This document shows, piece by piece, positions 60,116 to 64,000 of a stretch of 64,000 nt of DNA. The stretch is from NCBI GenBank assembly GCA_963662315.1, contig OY759353.1, positions 1,472,001-1,536,000 on the forward strand, read 5' to 3'. The notes below the pieces were generated by a model. That model was not told the DNA's origin. It saw only the letters and a program-made list of their open reading frames with translations, and made no database searches. How positions within the stretch are numbered: the first letter of the stretch is position 1; each line of letters starts with the position of its first letter. Source of the DNA: Geopsychrobacteraceae bacterium (GTDB taxonomy: Bacteria > Desulfobacterota > Desulfuromonadia > Desulfuromonadales > Geopsychrobacteraceae). Made by a program: the position numbers and the translations under genes.

Positions 60116-60275
60116 TTAATATATCCAGCCGGTACTTCCGGACCGTGCACATCATGTTTCTGATTTGAAAATCGCCATATTAAATCTGCGCCCCCAGAGA
60201 ACAGCTGAGCACAGAACCCTACGTATGATGTCTTTTCGATCAGCAACAAAATACTTATTGAAATGAGGAATATGA

Positions 60276-61727
60276 ATGGCCATAAAACGCATCCTTGTTG
60301 CTGATGATGAAGAGAGTATCCGTTGGGTTCTCTCTAAAGCGCTAAAAAAGCAGGGGTTTACAGTAGATCTCGCCGAAGACGGCTCTCAGGCACGCAATAT
60401 GGCCCGGCGCAATCATTATGATCTGGCGGTTCTGGATATCAAGATGCCCGGTATTCAGGGGCTCGACCTGCTCAAACAATTTCGCGCAGAGCATCCGGAT
60501 ACACTGGTCATCATCATGACGGCAGAAGCCACTATGGAACATGCTGTCACCGCAATGAAAAACGGTGCCTATGACTATCTGACCAAACCTTTCGATCTGG
60601 CAGCTCTCGATGCCATCATATTGAAAGCTGAAAAAGCTGCGGAAGTAACAGAACAGATCGACCAGCTTAAAGAAGAGCTACAGGGGCAGTTCAGCTTTGG
60701 CCGTTCCATCATTGGCAACAGCCAACTCATGCAGGAAGTATACAAAACCCTTGGCCGGGTCGCCGAGTCGGACATAACGGTTCTGGTGACCGGTGAGAGC
60801 GGTACGGGCAAAGAATTGATCGCCAGAGCGATCCATATCAACAGTAAACGGATTGGTAAACCGTTTATTGCCCTGAACTGTGCAGCGATCCCCCATGAAT
60901 TATTGGAAAACGAATTATTTGGACATGAACGCGGTGCCTTTACAGGAGCAACCGACCGGAAAAGCGGCAAGTTTGAACAAGCAGAAGGTGGCACCCTGTT
61001 TCTCGATGAAATCGGCGACATGCCCCTCGATCTACAAGCAAAACTCCTGCGCGTCCTACAGGAAAAAGAGATCACCCGTACCGGTGGCAGCCAGACCATT
61101 AAGGTAGATGTCAGAATTGTCGCTGCAACAAATCAGAATATTTCCGAGATGGTCAAAGAGAAAAAATTCCGTGAAGATCTTTATTATCGTCTTAACGTTG
61201 TGCCGATCAGTCTGCCGCCCCTGCGCCAACGTAAAGACGACATCCCCATGCTGGTTGATTTCTTTTTACAACGAGCCAAACAAGACCTAGGAATTGAGGT
61301 TATGGAGTGCAGTCCTGAGGCAACCTCCAAGCTGAAAAACTACAATTGGCCAGGCAACGTTCGAGAACTGGAAAACGTGATTAAGCGTGCAGCATTGCTC
61401 AGTCCGAACCATGTTCTGACCCCGTCCGATTTTCCTGGACTGAGTAATGACGGTGACGAAAAAGTCCAGAGCCAGGATGAATCGCTTGAAGCACTGGTTT
61501 CGCGCAAACTGGAAAATTCTCTGGCACAGATGAATCTACTCGAAATGAATAATCTGTACGAAATGGTACTACATCAGGTCGAACGCCCGCTGATTAATAT
61601 TGTCCTGAAAAAAGCCAAAGGGAACCAGGTCCGCACAGCTGAAATCCTTGGCATTAATCGCAACACGCTGCGCAAGAAGATTAATACCCTAGAGATCGAC
61701 GTCAAAAGAGGCAATGGTTCGGAATAG
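60276..61727 (+). CDS. ntrC: NtrC-like sigma54 response regulator
   Basis: ADDEESIRWVL, GESGTGKEL, GAFTGA, GNQVRTAEILGINRNTLRKK HTH; dusB-ntrB-ntrC synteny. Confidence 0.9.
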   Translation: MAIKRILVADDEESIRWVLSKALKKQGFTVDLAEDGSQARNMARRNHYDLAVLDIKMPGIQGLDLLKQFRAEHPDTLVIIMTAEATMEHAVTAMKNGAYDYLTKPFDLAALDAIILKAEKAAEVTEQIDQLKEELQGQFSFGRSIIGNSQLMQEVYKTLGRVAESDITVLVTGESGTGKELIARAIHINSKRIGKPFIALNCAAIPHELLENELFGHERGAFTGATDRKSGKFEQAEGGTLFLDEIGDMPLDLQAKLLRVLQEKEITRTGGSQTIKVDVRIVAATNQNISEMVKEKKFREDLYYRLNVVPISLPPLRQRKDDIPMLVDFFLQRAKQDLGIEVMECSPEATSKLKNYNWPGNVRELENVIKRAALLSPNHVLTPSDFPGLSNDGDEKVQSQDESLEALVSRKLENSLAQMNLLEMNNLYEMVLHQVERPLINIVLKKAKGNQVRTAEILGINRNTLRKKINTLEIDVKRGNGSE

Positions 61728-61839
61728 AAACGATTCCGAACCAGATTACCAATACTGAGACTTCAAGAGTCACTGGCACACGACCAGCCCCTTCTGAAAT
61801 TTGAAAAACGAGATGTGAAATCTGATGCCCAACCGGGCA

Positions 61840-63213
61840 TCAGTATCCTCCATCCTCCCGATTTGACTGATTTTCAAAGCGAGTAAACTCGCCGCGAAAA
61901 GTCAGGTGAACAGTACCAATCGGCCCGTTACGCTGCTTACCAATAATAATTTCAGCATCCTTATCGTGCCCCTTGTCACATGAACCATCACGTTTTTTAC
62001 AGGCATCGCAGTAGACTGCGTCACGATAGACGAACATAATAATGTCAGCGTCCTGTTCAATCGCACCAGACTCCCTCAAGTCAGCCATCATTGGACGTTT
62101 ATCGGTCCGGCTTTCCAATGAACGGTTCAACTGAGAGAGGGCAATAACCGGAACGTTAATCTCTTTAGCCAGAGCTTTCAGGGATCGGGAAATCTCTGAG
62201 ATTTCCTGCTGACGACTTTCGGGATTACTCCCTCGCATTAGCTGCAGGTAATCGACAATGATCAGCCCGAGGTCGTGTTCGGCCTTCAGCCGCCGCGCTT
62301 TCGAGCGTAATTCAAGCACTGAAATAGCCGGGGTATCGTCAATAAAAATTCCCGATTCACTCAAGGTTCCAGCAGCCATAGTCAATTTTGGCCAGTCAGA
62401 TTCACCAAGGTGACCGGTCCGCAAACGCCCGGCATCGACCTTGGCGATCGAGCAGAGTAACCGGTGAACCAGCTGTTCCTTACTCATCTCCAGAGAAAAG
62501 ATGACCGCGGAAACCGGCTTATCGGGATTGGTCGTAGCATTTTCCAGCAGGTTCAGAGCAAATGCGGTTTTACCCATTGAAGGACGACCAGCCAGAATGA
62601 TCAGATCACTCGGCTGCAGGCCCGCCGTCATCTTATCCATGTCGGTATAGCCTGTCGGTACACCGGTGACCAGCTCTTTGCGCTCATAAAGCTTTTCAAT
62701 CGCCTTGAATGTATCCTTCAAAATATCGCGAACGGGATAGTAAGAAGGCCGAATCCGGTTTTCTGATATCTCAAAAATAGACTTTTCCGCCTGATCCAGA
62801 ATATCTTCCATATCGCCCCCTTCATACCCTCGGGTTGCGATCTCGGTTGACACTTCAATCAGCTTTCTGGCTACCGCCTTCTCTTTAACCAGCTTACAAT
62901 AATAGTTGATATTGGCTGCAGTTGGTACATAGTCAACCAGCGTTGCCAAATACGAACTACCACCGACATCTTCAATCTCACCGCGATCCTTAAGAATCGC
63001 AGTCAGAGTGATCAGATCGGCTGGCTCATTTTTTTCGGCCAAGGCAATTAAGGCATGGAATATTTTACGGTGACTTTCGCGATAAAAATCTGCAGGGGTC
63101 AAGAATTCAAGGGCGCGGCTTAGTGCCTCATTTTCTAATAAAACACCCCCCAGAACCGACATTTCCGCTTCCAGATTCTGAGGTGGCAAACGGTGACCAT
63201 ACTCTTGTGACAT
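61840..63213 (-). CDS. dnaB: Replicative DNA helicase
   Basis: PPQNLEAE, GRPSMGKT, FSLEMS, VDYLQL, SQLNR, DLRESGAIEQDAD, KQRNGP; no intein visible. Confidence 0.97.
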   Translation of the reverse strand: MSQEYGHRLPPQNLEAEMSVLGGVLLENEALSRALEFLTPADFYRESHRKIFHALIALAEKNEPADLITLTAILKDRGEIEDVGGSSYLATLVDYVPTAANINYYCKLVKEKAVARKLIEVSTEIATRGYEGGDMEDILDQAEKSIFEISENRIRPSYYPVRDILKDTFKAIEKLYERKELVTGVPTGYTDMDKMTAGLQPSDLIILAGRPSMGKTAFALNLLENATTNPDKPVSAVIFSLEMSKEQLVHRLLCSIAKVDAGRLRTGHLGESDWPKLTMAAGTLSESGIFIDDTPAISVLELRSKARRLKAEHDLGLIIVDYLQLMRGSNPESRQQEISEISRSLKALAKEINVPVIALSQLNRSLESRTDKRPMMADLRESGAIEQDADIIMFVYRDAVYCDACKKRDGSCDKGHDKDAEIIIGKQRNGPIGTVHLTFRGEFTRFENQSNREDGGY

Positions 63214-63450
63214 AGTGGCTTTCCTGTTGGTTGGCAATCAGCCCTGAAGATACCAAAGATACAGAATAACGGAAACAAAAAGACTCCCCATTGTTAAATT
63301 TCTGACAACCAGTTGTCACTCTTTTCAACGTACAGGAATCACCAGAGGGATGACTCAGACGCACACCCTTGACTTGCAACGAAGATTAGACTACTCGTAA
63401 GGGACAATCTATTATGAACAGTTCAGTTTTTGGGATCTGGAGGATATATA

Positions 63451-63834
63451 ATGAAGGAAATCGAGGTTGTCATCTACCAGCGTCATTTCATCAAAGCGTG
63501 GCAATATGAGTTTAATCCTGCGGCCATTAAAAACCTGGTTCAGCAGCTTGACCAGGAGTATCAAAGCGCCCAGGTCAGGGTTTCATTCGGAGGTGAGGAA
63601 AAAACCAGCGTACAGGTAGGAGGATATAGCGATATTCTCAACGCCATCCGCTTGCGCACAACAGGACCAGGCGCAGTCAATCATTGCTTGGGACATATTT
63701 TAGGTGAAAGTAAAAATTGCGATCTGCTCGAAGACATCCGTCGCGGCATCAGCAAACTGGCCTTTGCACCTGAAACAATCATGCCCGAAGAGGCGCATCG
63801 CAAGGTTTGTCATAACTGTGGCTGTGGCTGCTGA
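63451..63834 (+). CDS. Hypothetical protein with C-terminal CxxCGCGC motif
   Basis: GGAGG RBS before ATG 63451; ends KVCHNCGCGC. Confidence 0.75.
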   Translation: MKEIEVVIYQRHFIKAWQYEFNPAAIKNLVQQLDQEYQSAQVRVSFGGEEKTSVQVGGYSDILNAIRLRTTGPGAVNHCLGHILGESKNCDLLEDIRRGISKLAFAPETIMPEEAHRKVCHNCGCGC

Positions 63835-64000
63835 CCAAAAAGCTAAGCTACAAGCCGCGAAGATCCTCTTAGTGCATAAAAACAGCCAACAACCAATCCT
63901 TTCCTGAGTGAGGATACCCAAAAGGACTATGGGAAAATAGTTGACATGAACGGTTCCTGCCTTGTTGTCTTTCAGACGAATCGTCATAAATATCCCTTTC

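Noticed and set aside
63832..63907. Possible selenocysteine readthrough of the TGA after CGCGC
   Set aside because: No convincing SECIS-like hairpin after the TGA
63700..63987. 95-aa minus-strand ORF at the window end with a purine-rich upstream stretch
   Set aside because: Overlaps the convergent 63451-63834 gene by 135 nt, has no motif, and upstream context is outside the window
1..64000. CRISPR arrays, tRNA/rRNA genes, IS elements, integrases or prophage genes
   Set aside because: None recognised by eye; the Cas4-like gene has no associated repeats or cas1/cas2

Overview
A 64 kb chromosomal window of housekeeping and signal-transduction genes, most likely from a Desulfuromonadales/Geobacter-like deltaproteobacterium (inferred from the eukaryote-like citrate synthase, long-form HflX, four sigma54 activators and a heme-c sensor kinase). 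Core genes: partial MltD-like transglycosylase, hflX, fabI, leuCD, pdxH, ppiC, metC, ilvB-ilvN, gltA, dusB-ntrB-ntrC and dnaB. A DctB/DctD pair precedes two TAXI-type TRAP transporters. I found no rRNA, tRNA, CRISPR array, IS element or prophage. The most unusual feature is an apparent sigma54-controlled, metal/redox-sensing regulon. It has two paralogous chemoreceptors sharing a 7-Cys domain inserted into the HAMP linker but carrying different periplasmic sensors, one of them tandem CZB domains. Both have a -24/-12 promoter and a shared ACAAY-N4-RTTGT upstream motif. One is followed by two copies of an output-less Cys-rich PAS protein flanking a heme-c hybrid kinase; the other by a hemerythrin-GGDEF protein. 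Other leads are a Cas4-like/DUF2779 nuclease coupled to a MORN-repeat protein, a possible attenuator with a 9-codon uORF before hflX, and a kinase with a pseudo-receiver domain. All family calls are from motif recognition by eye; no database searches were run.
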